The notes beneath the pieces were generated by a model. It was not told where the DNA came from. It saw only the letters and a list, made by a program, of their open reading frames with translations, and made no database searches. This document shows positions 52,930-64,000 of a stretch of DNA of 64,000 nt, piece by piece. A program made the translations under genes and the position numbers. How positions within the stretch are numbered: position 1 is the stretch's first letter; every line of letters starts with the position of its first letter. The DNA is taken from positions 4,278,001 through 4,342,000 of the forward strand of contig JAWMAR010000186.1 in assembly GCA_036785375.1 (NCBI GenBank). Reading direction: 5' to 3'. This DNA comes from Leucoraja ocellata (taxonomy: Eukaryota).

Positions 52930-53572
52930 TTTGGCCTTTATAACAAGAGGAATCGAATATAGGAGTAAAGAGGTTCTTCTGCAGTTGTACAGAGCCCTAG
53001 TGAGACCACACCTGGAGTATTGTGTGCAGTTTTGGTCCCCTAATTTGAGGAAGGACATTCTTGCTATTGAGGGAGTTCAGTGTAGGTTTACAAGGTTAAT
53101 TCCCAGGATGGTGGGACTGTCATATACTGAGAGAATGGAGCAGCTGGGCTTGTACACTCTGGAGTTTAGAAGGATGAGAGGGCATCTCATTGAAACATAT
53201 AAGATTGTTAAGGGTTTGGACACGCTAGAGGCAGGAAACGTGTTCCCGATGTTGGAGGAATCCAGAACCAGGGGCCACAGTTTAAGAATAAGGAGTTAGC
53301 CATTTAGAACGGAGATGAGGAAACACTTTTTCTCACAGAGAATGGTGAGTCTGTGGAATTCTCTGCCTCAGAGGGCGGTGGAGGCAGGTTCTCTGGATGT
53401 TTTCAAGAGAGAGCTAGATAGGGCTCTTAAAAATAGCGGAGTCAGGGGATATGGATAGAAGGTAGGAACGGGGTACTGATTGGGGATGATCAGCCATGAT
53501 CACATTGAATGGCGGTGCTGGCTCGAAGGGTCGAATGGCCTACTCCTGCACCTATTGTCTATTGTCTATTGT
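52930..53572 (+). mobile_element. CR1 3' fragment with (ctattgt)n tail
   Basis: ORF 52889-53299: LAFITRGIEYRSKEVLLQLYRALVRPHLEYCVQFWSP. Confidence 0.95.
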
Positions 53573-54470
53573 TTTCTCTCCTTCCCATTTCTGGCAAAGG
53601 ATCTTAGACCTGAAAAGTAAACTCTATTTCTTTTTTCAGAGTGTTTCCAGCAATTTATTTTTCTATTCCTGATTTTCAGCATCATTACTTTCATGTAGAT
53701 TACAAGTAAAAGTACGATTACAATGTGCGAAATGCAGCAGAATATTTGCACACACGTTCACACACAAACAATAATGTGATAATAGTCTGATTATCAGTTG
53801 AAAGCATTGTTCATTGTGGGATAAATATTGATCTGGGAATAATTCTACAGGTTGGCAGTGCTTTGCTATGCAAACCTTTCCAATCTCCTGAAAAAGCAGA
53901 CATGGACTTACTATAATATTCGATATTCGATATCTGACAATGCACCCACCCTCAGAACACCATTGGATTATAAGGCTCAAGTCTCTGGAAAACGGAATTG
54001 AAACAACAAATGTTTCGTTCAGAGGGGAGGGTGCTATCAAATGGACTAAGTCTGCCTCAAAGAGATACCCACTCTCATCCGGAAGAAGACTCATCTGCAA
54101 GTTCAACATTCTGCCAGCCTAGGTTATTGTTCGAATTGTCGTACATGAGGATTTATGATTTGTTCACCTGACTTGGAGCAGTGAGTTATTAATAATCCCA
54201 GCGGCTGTTTTCAATGTTACAATCTAATGTATGGACGCTGCATCAATTAAACTTTGCTGTACATGTGAAATCTGATAATGCATTTTGAAAGCAAAGCATT
54301 TCAATTTCAACTGTAATTGACAGAACAATAACATAAACTAAACTTGCCCATCTATTCTTCTTAAAAAGCTGAAAATCAAAATTTGCCATGTTTGCAGTCT
54401 GACACTGTAATTATAACGCGTAGTCTGATAATAGAGTAATTTTACATGCTGCCCTGAATTTCCCAAGGGA

Positions 54471-54700
54471 ACTCAGAGAGTGGTAGCTGTGTGGAATGAG
54501 CTTCCAGTGAAGGTGGTGGAGGCAGGTTTGTTTTTATCATTTAAAAATAAATTGGATAGTTATATGGATGGGAAGGGAATGGAGGGTTATGGTCTGAGCG
54601 CAGGTATATGGGACTAGGGGAGATTATGTGTTCGGCACGGACTAGAAGGGTCGAGATGGCCTGTTTCCGTGCTGTAATTGTTATATGGTTATATGGTTAT
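54471..54700 (+). mobile_element. CR1 family D 3' end, very young
   Basis: Matches 47120-47348 with a single visible substitution. Confidence 0.95.
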
Positions 54701-54881
54701 TATATGGAATGGGAATTAGGCTGTCTCTTCAATTTCTGCTTTTTTGCCCGTATTCAAATATAAATTAATTTACATTTTAATTATCTGGGAAATCTTGACA
54801 TTATTCCTGTTACTATCACACAACTACAGAATGAGACAAGAAGCCTTCATCAATCAATTTCTTAAAAAGACTGATACCTTT

Positions 54882-54884
<3 letters not shown>

Positions 54885-54920
<36 letters not shown>
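54885..54920. repeat. (TA)18 microsatellite abutting a Tc1/mariner-pogo-like TIR remnant (CAGTAAACTCTCG, 54921)
   Basis: The repeat is read directly. The TA|CAG start is typical of Tc1/mariner ends (inference). Confidence 0.85.
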
Positions 54921-54923
<3 letters not shown>

Positions 54924-55034
54924 TAAACTCTCGTTCAACAAACCATGGGGGGTGATGGTGTCTGTTATTGCCGTTTTTCTGCTATTAAGAGTTAGTTATT
55001 ATCATTGTGTGTAGTTGAAACAAAGAACTGCAGA

Positions 55035-55300
55035 TGATAGTTAGGCTAGGACTCTATTCATTGGAGCACAGGAAGATGAGTGGTAATATTATAGAAAAGT
55101 ACAAAATTGTGAGAGGAATACATCAGGTAATTGAGACTCCCTTGTCCAGAGTAGGGGAATCGATAACCAGAGGACATAGGTTTAAGGTGAGGGAGGAAAG
55201 ATTTAATAGGGGTGGTGGGTATATGGAGCATGCTGGGCGGAGGAGGTAGCAGAGACAGGTGCTACGGCAACATTTAAGAAATATTTAGACAGGTACATGG
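55035..55300 (+). mobile_element. CR1 3' fragment, degenerate
   Basis: 'RLGLYSLEHRKMSGNIIEKYKI...TRGHRFKVR'. Confidence 0.8.
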
Positions 55301-55913
55301 AAACCAGTGCATTGCATATGGAACAATTACACTCGTGGCTTGTTGTTGATTTATGCGTATTTTCCAAATAGGAGCCAATTATTGGATAGATTGGTAATCA
55401 AGGGATATAATATAAGATAATATTATGGTAAAGAAGGTGGATGAAAAGTTCAAGAACAGCCCTGATCATAAGTAGCCTTCTTTTGTTTCTTTTGTTCTTA
55501 ATGAAGTACTATTTCCATCTACTACCACTCCAATGCGCAATAAACCACATCTTTACAACCACATAATTCTGTTCCTCTCTGATAACTTGGAAACAATAAC
55601 AGTTTTTTATTGGGCTTTGAATTAGCCTTAACGTAATTCATTTTTTGCTGGATCTAGACTTAGCCTAAGGGACATGGAGAAGCAAGTCGGGGCATGGACA
55701 ATCTAATAATCCCTTAAAAAGTGTTTTGAGTATGTGCGTAAAAATGACTTCCCCTTCTCCCACAATTTTAAGGAGACACACTTTCAGTGCTCCCAAAGTG
55801 TTTCCATTTCGGTCCTCCACTACCTTTTTCATTGTTGGTTGTGATTTCTGTCTGGTCTTCATCTCACCGTTGACATTGATGTGAATCTTGTCCATCATTC
55901 ACCCTGCGTATGA

Positions 55914-56051
<138 letters not shown>

Positions 56052-57159
56052 TAAACTTGGGGTTTAAAAAAATGGGAAGATATATCATTTAAATATATTA
56101 ATGGATATATCATTAAAATACCTTATTTGGCATGTTAAATATTTATTATTAACATTACTCTGAACCTTTGCAGTTTGAACTGTTACAATTCGGGAAACTA
56201 CTAAGGACCGGCCTTTCAGGATTGAGCGTGGAAACCCTTCCATTTATAGATGTTGAAAGGGATATAGATGGTTCTAGAAATGTGGATGACATTGGTCTTA
56301 TTGTTCATTTGAAATAAGAGCACAATGGATTTTCATGAAAAGAAAGGTAGAAACCATTGTGACTAAAATGGACAAATGAATATTGTAGCCACATGACAAC
56401 CTTGAAGAAAGCTAGAAGGATTGAATGGCCTCTACAAATTCCTATGTCACACATAGATTGAAGGGGTAGACGAACTGACTCTTTCCATCATGTCCTGTTA
56501 TGCTGTTGAGAAATGTTTTCAAATTGAACATGTGATGCCTGGATCTTCACTTGTATTTGCCAACAACTCGTTGATGATTTTCTTGTGTTTTCAGCTCAAT
56601 TGAACTTTTCAGCTCCATTGCGTGATATTGTGTACATTCAACCAAATGCAGGGAATAATAGTGGCTTTGTGATTACTGCACAGAGCTCACATGTTACTGG
56701 ATGTCAATATGTTATGGCATAAATCACTGAAGTGAAAGCTGAAATTATACTACAGAAATAGTCCAATTAGCTATGGTAGAAAAGTTGGTGTGTTACAGGA
56801 CTAGTATTCTGCATATCAAAGTTCAAATACCGCACTGGCATTTGGGAAAAAATAATCGGATTTAATTAATTCTGGAAACCGAGGCAATTATCAGTGAAAT
56901 GAAGCTATTTCATTGTCATAAATACCCATCAGATTTTCTAAGACATTTAGAAAAGAACTAGTGCTTTTTGTGTGTTCCACATAGCACATGAAACATAGAA
57001 CAGTACAGCATTAGCTCAGGCCCTTTTGCCCATGATTTCTGACTGAACACAATGCCAGAGTAGGGAGTTTTGCAGGTCCCTTAACTTCAAATTCCAGGTA
57101 ATATTAAACCTAAAATGACATGATCCTGGATGGCAACATGGTTTTATAAGATGTTTAAG

Positions 57160-57872
57160 AAAGAACTGCAGATGCCGGAAAAATCGAAGGTAGACAAAAA
57201 TGCTGGAGGAACTCAGCGGGTGAGGCAGCATCTATGGAGAGAAGGTATAGGTGACGTTTTGGGTCGAGACCCTTCTTCAGACTGATGTTGGGGGGGAGTG
57301 GGAAAAAGAACGGAAGAGGAGGAGACAGTAGGCTTGTGGGACAGCGGGGAAGGGGAAGGAGGGAGAAAGCAAGGACTATCTGAAATTAGAGGTCGATGTT
57401 CATACTTAGGAGTGTAAACTACCTAAGCGAAATATGAGGTGCTGTTCCTCCAATTTACGGTGGGCCTCACTCTGGCAATGGAGGAGGCCCAGAACAGAAA
57501 GGTCAGATTCGGAATGTGAGGGGGAATTGAAGTGCTGAGCCACCGGGAGATCAGGTTGGTTAGCGCGTACTGATCTTGGTGGCTTAGCACTTCTACTCTC
57601 CCTCCCTCCTATTCCGAATCTGACCTTCCTGGCCTCGGCCTCCTCCCCAGCGGTATGAACATTGACTTCTCTAATGTCAGATAGTCCTTCCTTTCTCCCT
57701 CCTTCCCCTCCCCCATCCCAGCTGTTCCACAAGCCTACGGTCTCCACCTCTTCATTTCAATCCCCCTCCCCTGCTGACATCAGTAGCTTATTCCTTCTCT
57801 CCGTAGAAGCATCTACAGAGAGAAGGAATAATGTTACACCCTGCTGAGTTTCTTCAGCATTTTTGTCTACCT
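57160..57872 (-). mobile_element. Penelope-derived inverted-repeat element with GIY-YIG C-terminal remnant
   Basis: Minus strand 'RSVRANQPDLPVAQHFNSPSH...KLEEQHLIFRLG'. The outer arms are inverted copies. A mutated hammerhead core lies at 57253-57280 (minus). Confidence 0.85.
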
Positions 57873-58051
57873 TTGGCTTTATAGGATGTGGAGTTATTCT
57901 GTAAAAAAAGTGCAGAGATCATGCTCTCGGTGTGTAGGCAGAACAAACTCCACCACGAAGCAGCTGAATAACTAAATCCAGCAACTCAGTCATGCTGCAT
58001 GCTTCCAGCTCTGTCAGTGATCAAAACTTTGAGTGCTTCTAACAAAGTGAT

Positions 58052-58490
58052 AGTCATACAGCACGAGAACAGGCCCTTCAGCCCAACTTGTTGATGCCGA
58101 TCAAGATGCTCCATCTATGCTAGTTCCAGCTGCCTGCATTTGGCCTAAATGTCTCTAAAACTATCCTATCCATGTACTTGTACAAATGTATTTTTGATGC
58201 TGTTTAATTACTTGACTCAACTACCTCCTCTGGCAGCTCATTCCATATACCCACCACCCTCTGTGTGAAAAGGTTCCCCCTTGGGTTCTTAATAAATCTT
58301 TCCTCTCTCATCGTAATCCTCAGTTCTCATGTTTCTTGACTCGGGGTTAAAGACTGCATTCATCCTATCAATTTCCCTCATTAAAAACATGATTTTATAC
58401 ACCTCTACACCTCTCAGTCTGGGCTGCCAACCTCTCCCTACAGTTCAGGCCCTAGGCTCATGGAAACATTGTAAATCTTCTCTGCACTGT
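58052..58490 (-). mobile_element. CR1 3' fragment, degenerate
   Basis: The reverse strand has 'ttcacacagagggtggtgggtatatggaatgagctgccagaggagg' and a CR1 tail. Confidence 0.8.
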
Positions 58491-59694
58491 CCAGTTCAAT
58501 GCCATCCTTAAAACCTATTAAAAATCAACTGTACAAATCAACTATATAAAAATAAATCCAGCAGTCTGATCATTCACTTAGTCCAGTATCCAATCCATTA
58601 AATCAAGATCAATTATTCCAACTGTTACTGTTACAATCATTTTGAATTGAAACTCTTGGTATTTTTTACAGTTCCATCATCACATGTATATAGATTCTCC
58701 AACAACGTGTTTCATGCATTTCCAAGACTAGTGGGTGTTCAGGTCAGATGTTGAACAAAATATCAAAGAGGAAGGATTATATTTTGTAATGGAATCCTGC
58801 CAACCATTTTATCATGAGCTTGAACTCATGTGGTGAAGGTGCAGAGTTGGAAATTGACGGGAAGTTTAGGATGAGAGAATCTCGATCAGGTGTTTCAGTG
58901 CAGGCTTGAGCATGCGATATTGGTTAGTTGGTTTATTATTGTCACGTGATCAGAGACACAGTGAACAACTTTGTTTTTGCCATGCTATTACGGCAAATTA
59001 CACCACACATAAATATATCAGGTAGTGCAAAAGCAAAAATAAACAGAGTGTTATAGCATTAGAGAAAGTACAAATTTTAAAATAGTGCAAGTGAAGATCG
59101 GGAATATATTCTTAGATGCTGAGGTCTTTTCAATAGCTTGATAACAGCGGGGAAGAATCTGTTATTGTATCGAGTGGAACGTACCTTCAGGCTTTTGCAT
59201 ATTTTGCCCAACGTGAGAAGGGAGAAGAGAGAATGACTGAGGTTAGTTGTCTTTGATTAAGTTGCCACTTTCCGAAGGCAATGTGAAGTCAATAGACTTT
59301 GTTGGAGGAGGCTGGTTTGTGTGGTGGACTGGGTTGCACTCAGAACACTCTAATTTACTGCGCTCTTGGATAGAGCAGTTGCCTAACCAAGTTGTGATGC
59401 ATCAGGGTAGGATGGTGTTTCTATGGTGCATCTGTAGAAAGTGGTAAACATCTTTGGTACATGAGGTGGAGAGAATGGTTTCAGGAACATTCAAAGATCA
59501 TTCATGATTTGGTACGAATGGAGTAATATCTGAATCACTCAGTGAGAGGCACTGGAGAAAGGAGTTGAGTCAAGACTCAAGAGAGTTTAGTGTTATGTGT
59601 CCCTGATAGGACAATGAAATTCTTGCTTTGCTTCAGCAATGTAAGAAAGCAGAGTGGTTAAAATGCCTAAAATTCTGAATGAATGAATCATTAA

Positions 59695-59917
59695 AGGGCC
59701 TGACCACTTGGGCGTCATTTGCGCATCACGCAGATGGCGCGCAAAGATTTTGTACATGACAAAATCCTGGGGCGCCGCGCAGGACCGCGCGTCACTGCCT
59801 ACGTCACCACGCACCGTGCGCACGTGATGTGCACCATTATGTGCGCCTCGTGCATCGTGACGCGTAAATGATGTTGCGTAAATTACACGCTAATGATGCC
59901 CAAGTGGGACAGGCCCT
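59695..59917. mobile_element. PIF/Harbinger-like MITE, 223 bp, TAA TSD
   Basis: TIR agggcctgaccacttgggcgtcatt / aatgatgcccaagtgggacaggccct. TAA at 59692-59694 and 59918-59920. Confidence 0.88.
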
Positions 59918-60775
59918 TAACAATCACAGCAAACAACAGTCACTACATGATCTGTATTAAACAGTTTCTAAGGCAAGTGAATACATCCTGGGATATGAAG
60001 GCAAAAATTACACATTGTATTTCAGTGTCTCACAAAGGCTCAGTACCATCGAAGTAAAGTTATTTTACGCTTATTGAGTCATAGATAAGCGCAGTACCGA
60101 CACAGCTCCTTCACCCCACTAGTTCTAAATTTATCCTGTTTTTTTATTCTCCTCACATTCTCAACAACTTCTCCCTAATTCTTCCCCTCACTTGTGCATA
60201 AGGGGCAATTTGCAGTGGCCAGTTAACTTGCCCACCTGCAGGTCTTCTGGATGTGGGATGAAACAGGAGCAGCCAGAGATCTCACTCATACATAATCCTC
60301 CTTGCGAGAATGTAAGGGGCCATTTACCTATCCATTTACTGCAAGTGAAGGCTGACACATGGTGCCATGGATACCAGCGTGCCAAAATGCCTCTGTACAC
60401 TGGCTCAAACCAATCTTGCAGTACCTCATTTCTGTTGATTTTATGCTATTTGTCCGATTCGCTCTATTTCATGTCTGAAGGATTTGTTTTCCTCTTTTTC
60501 ACAAGCTCTTTATCTATGCTGGGGCTAAAAATGGAGATTATTTGGTGTGGGTGTTCCAGCACTTTAAGTATCTGATGATATATAATTACGCTGAAGCGTC
60601 TATCTGCTGATTGTCAATTTAATTGAGTGAGGGTACCGTGGACTGATAGATGGCTAACTGCTGATTATCTTTAGTGGCAGTAATACTCGCTGCTTTCCTA
60701 TGTGGCCAATATTGACAGAAATGGTGGGAGTTGTAGACGCACAGGCTGGGGGTTGTATAATCATTCAAAGAAGAT

Positions 60776-62790
60776 CATGTAATAGGAGCAGAATTAGGCC
60801 ATTTGGCCCATCAACTGCAAAGAGTAGGAGTAAACGGGTTCTTTTCAGAATGGCAGGCAGTGACTAGTGGGGTACCGCAAGGCTCAGTGCTGGAACCCCA
60901 GCTATTTACAATATATATTAATGATTTGGACGAGGGAATTGAATGCAACATCTCCAAGTTTGTGGATGACACGAAGCTGGGGGGCAGAGTTAGCTGTGAG
61001 GAGGATGCTAGGAGGCTGCAAGGTGACTTGGATAGGCTGGGTGAGTGGGAAAATGCATGGCAGATGCAGTATAATGTGGTTAAATGTGAGGTTATCCGCT
61101 TTGGTGGCAAAAACTGGAAAGTAGACTATTATCTCAATGGTGGCCGATTAGGAAAAGGGGAGACACAATGAGACCTGGGTGTCATGGTGCACCAGTCATT
61201 GAAAGTAGGCATGCAGGTGCAGCAGGCAGTGAAGAAAGCGAATGGTATGCTAGCATTCATAGCAAAAGGATTTGAGTATAGGAGCAGGGAGGTTCTACTG
61301 CAGTTGTACAGGGTCTTGGTGAGACCACACCTGGAGTATTGTGTACAGTTTTGGTCTCCAAATCTGAGGAAAGACATTCTTGCCATAGAGGGAGTCCAGA
61401 GAAGGTTCACCAGACTGATTCCTGGGATGTCAGGACTTTCATATGAAGAAAGACTGGATAGACTCGGCTTGTACTCGCTAGAATTTAGAAGATTGAGGTG
61501 GGATCTTATAGAAACTTACAAAATTCTTAAGGGGTTGGACAGGCTAGATGCAGAAAGATTGTTCCCGATGTTGGGGAAGTCCAGGACAAGGGGTCACAGT
61601 TTAAGGATAAATGGGAAATCCTTTAGGACCGAGATGAGAAAAACATTTTTCACACAGAGAGTGGTGAATCTCTGGAATTCTCTGCCACAGAAGGTAGTTG
61701 AGGCCAGTTCATTGGCTATACTTAAGAGGGAGTTAGATGTGGCCCTTGTGGCTAAAGGGATCAGGGGGTATGGAGAGAAGGCAGGTACAGGATACTGAGT
61801 TGGATGATCAGCCATGATCATATTGAATGGCGGTGCAGGCTCGAAGGGCCGAATGGCCTTTTCCTGCACCTATTTTCTATGTTTCTATCAAGTCTACTCC
61901 ACCATTCAATCATGGCTGATCTATCTCTCCCTCCTAACCCCATTCTCCCCATAACCTCTGACACCTATATTAATCAAGAATCCATCTATCTCTTCCTTAA
62001 ATATATTCACTGACTTGGCCTCCACAGCCTTCTGTGGCAAAGAATTCCAGATTCACCACCCTCTGACTAAAGAAATTCCTCCTCAACTCCTTCCTAAAAG
62101 AATATACTTTATTCTGACGGTATGTCCTCCAGTCTTAGACTCTCCCACTAGTGGAAACATCCTCTCCACCCACTCTATCCAAGCCTTTCACTATTCTGTA
62201 CTTGTCAATGAGGTCCCCACTCATTCTTTTAAATGTCAGTGAGTACAGGGCCAGTGCCTCAAATGCTCATCATATGTTAAGCTACTCGTTCCTGGGATCA
62301 TTCTTGTAAACCTCCTCTGGACCCTCTCTAGATCCAGCACATTCTTCCTCAGATCTGGTGCCCAAAACTGCTCACAATATTCCAAATGCAGCCTGACTAG
62401 CGGCTTATAGAGCCTCAGCATTACATCCATGTTTATGTATACAAGCCCACTTGAAATAAATGCAAGCACTGCATTTGCTTTCTTTTCTACCGATTCGACT
62501 GGCAGATTAACTTTCTGGGAATCCTGCACCAGTATTCCCACTTACCGTTGCACCTCCGGATCTCTCCCCATTTAATAAATAATCTACGCCTTTATTCCTA
62601 CTAATAAAAAACATGACTCCACACTTTGCTGCACTATCTTCCATCTGCCACTTCTCTGCCCACTCTCCCAACCTGTCCAAATCCTTCTGCACAGTCCCTG
62701 CTTTCTCTACACTACCTGCCCCTCCACCTATTTTTGTATCATCCACAAACTTGGTCACAAACCTTCAATCCCCTCATCCAAATCATTAAT
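60776..62790 (-). mobile_element. CR1 family B host element split by a nested insertion
   Basis: ORFs 62507-62758 and 62236-62541 (KFVDDTKIGG, HLEYCEQFWAP). Its 3' tail is stranded at 60776-60814. Confidence 0.9.
60815..61886 (+). mobile_element. Young CR1 family A, 5'-truncated, nested
   Basis: ORFs 60803-61171 and 61184-61798 are separated by one premature TGA. ATCAA is duplicated at 60810-60814 and 61887-61891. Confidence 0.96.
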
Positions 62791-63092
62791 ATACAAAGAA
62801 CAGGGCTAAACCAGCCTGCTGACAACACTGAAATGAATTATACTTATCAATTACAAACTTTGGATTTCTTGTATTATCCAATACTCCATTCAATAATAAA
62901 TGTTAATTAAATAATGAAAAGATGCTTTATTATTTGGTATCACATTGAATTGACTAGGATCACTTGTGACAGCGATCTATACGAAGTGAATGTAGCATTC
63001 CCAGCTGCAACAGTAGTTGTGATGACTGTAGGCAAATGCAACAAATGAAATAATAAAGTTCCATGCCACATGGAATGTTATAAAGTGGCTAA

Positions 63093-63411
63093 AACCCCTG
63101 TCCCACGGTACAAGCTCATTCCAAGAGTTCTCTCAAGTTTGCCCTGATTCGAACTCAGAGATTTACGGTAATGGCCACTCGTCGGTACTCGTGGCTCTCG
63201 TGGACATTTTTCATCATGTTGAAAAATCTTCACGAGTCTTCCCGTGCTTACCTGCCATTAGCGAGTCTTCCCCTGTACCTGCCGTTAGCGCTAAGAGACG
63301 TCCCGGAGCTCCGACGTACCCGCTACGTTCATTCACCGTGCTTACCACGAGTATGATTTTTTAAAACTCGGGAGAGCTCTTGGAATGAACTCGTACCGTG
63401 GGACAGGGCTG
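63093..63411. mobile_element. PIF/Harbinger-like MITE, about 320 bp, long TIR
   Basis: Imperfect TIR of about 45 bp: ccctgtcccacggtacaagctcattccaagagttctc / gagagctcttggaatgaactcgtaccgtgggacaggg. TAA at 63090-63092 and 63412-63414. Confidence 0.85.
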
Positions 63412-64000
63412 TAACACTGAAATTAAACAGGGAGTGTTGGCGAGGTAGGGAAGGTAGGCTGGAAATGGGGAATGGAAATTATGTGAATCTGAAGTAAAAA
63501 CAGAAAATGCTGGAAATTCTCAGCAGATCGCACAGCATCTATGGAGAGAGAATCAGAGCTGATATTTCAAGCCAAATATCTTACATTATCACAGTCTGAC
63601 TTTTTGGAATTGTAATAGTTTTAAAAGTATCACCTGATTTTTAATTATATTTTACCCAATTAAAAAAAAAGTAAAAAGCAAGGAGTCTAGGCAAAAATCT
63701 CATCCTTTATCCTTCCTCCTTCCCTCTGACATCACTCCCCAGTGCCTCCCAGGATGAGAACAATGCATCTACAGTGATGTATGAAGAGCAGTTGAGAAGG
63801 TTAGGCTTACACTAGGAGAATGAGTGATGTTCTCAGTAGAACATATTAGAATCTGAGAGGCGTTGAACGGATGGATGCTGAGAGATTGATCCCATCTGTG
63901 GTAGGGAGCATTGATTCTGAGTAAGGCATCTGTCATTTAACTTGGTGATATTGAGGAATGTCTTCCCTCAGCGGGTTAGAGTTCTTTGGAATTTCTGCCT

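Noticed and set aside
60803-61798. Functional reverse transcriptase gene
   Set aside because: The copy is 5'-truncated, lacks the endonuclease and N-terminal RT motifs, and has a premature TGA at 61169-61171.

Overview
Eukaryotic, repeat-dense vertebrate DNA. The repeat content (HE1/V-SINE-like SINEs, CR1 LINEs with short tandem tails, Neptune-type Penelope) suggests a cartilaginous fish, probably a skate or ray; this is inference. The window lies inside a + strand copine gene that best matches CPNE4. Three phase-0 internal exons (30595-30780, 36567-36638, 55932-56006) encode C2A and the start of C2B. I could not find the first coding exon or later exons. Almost all long ORFs in the track are transposon fragments or noise. 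The introns hold many 5'-truncated and often nested CR1 copies, Rex1/Babar-like and RTE-like fragments, and a degenerate DIRS1-type tyrosine-recombinase retrotransposon with a well-preserved terminal repeat/ICR structure. They also hold a Penelope-like element whose 3' end carries a hammerhead-ribozyme core in the gene's sense orientation, three Harbinger-like MITEs sharing a terminal motif, a 1-kb TIR element with a 7-bp TSD, and a GC-rich non-autonomous retroelement with an internal minisatellite and conserved 3' hairpins. I found no CRISPR, rRNA or true tRNA gene, and no clearly new protein-coding system. The best leads are RNA-structural and transposon-mechanistic. Repeat boundaries are approximate unless a TSD or TIR is quoted.
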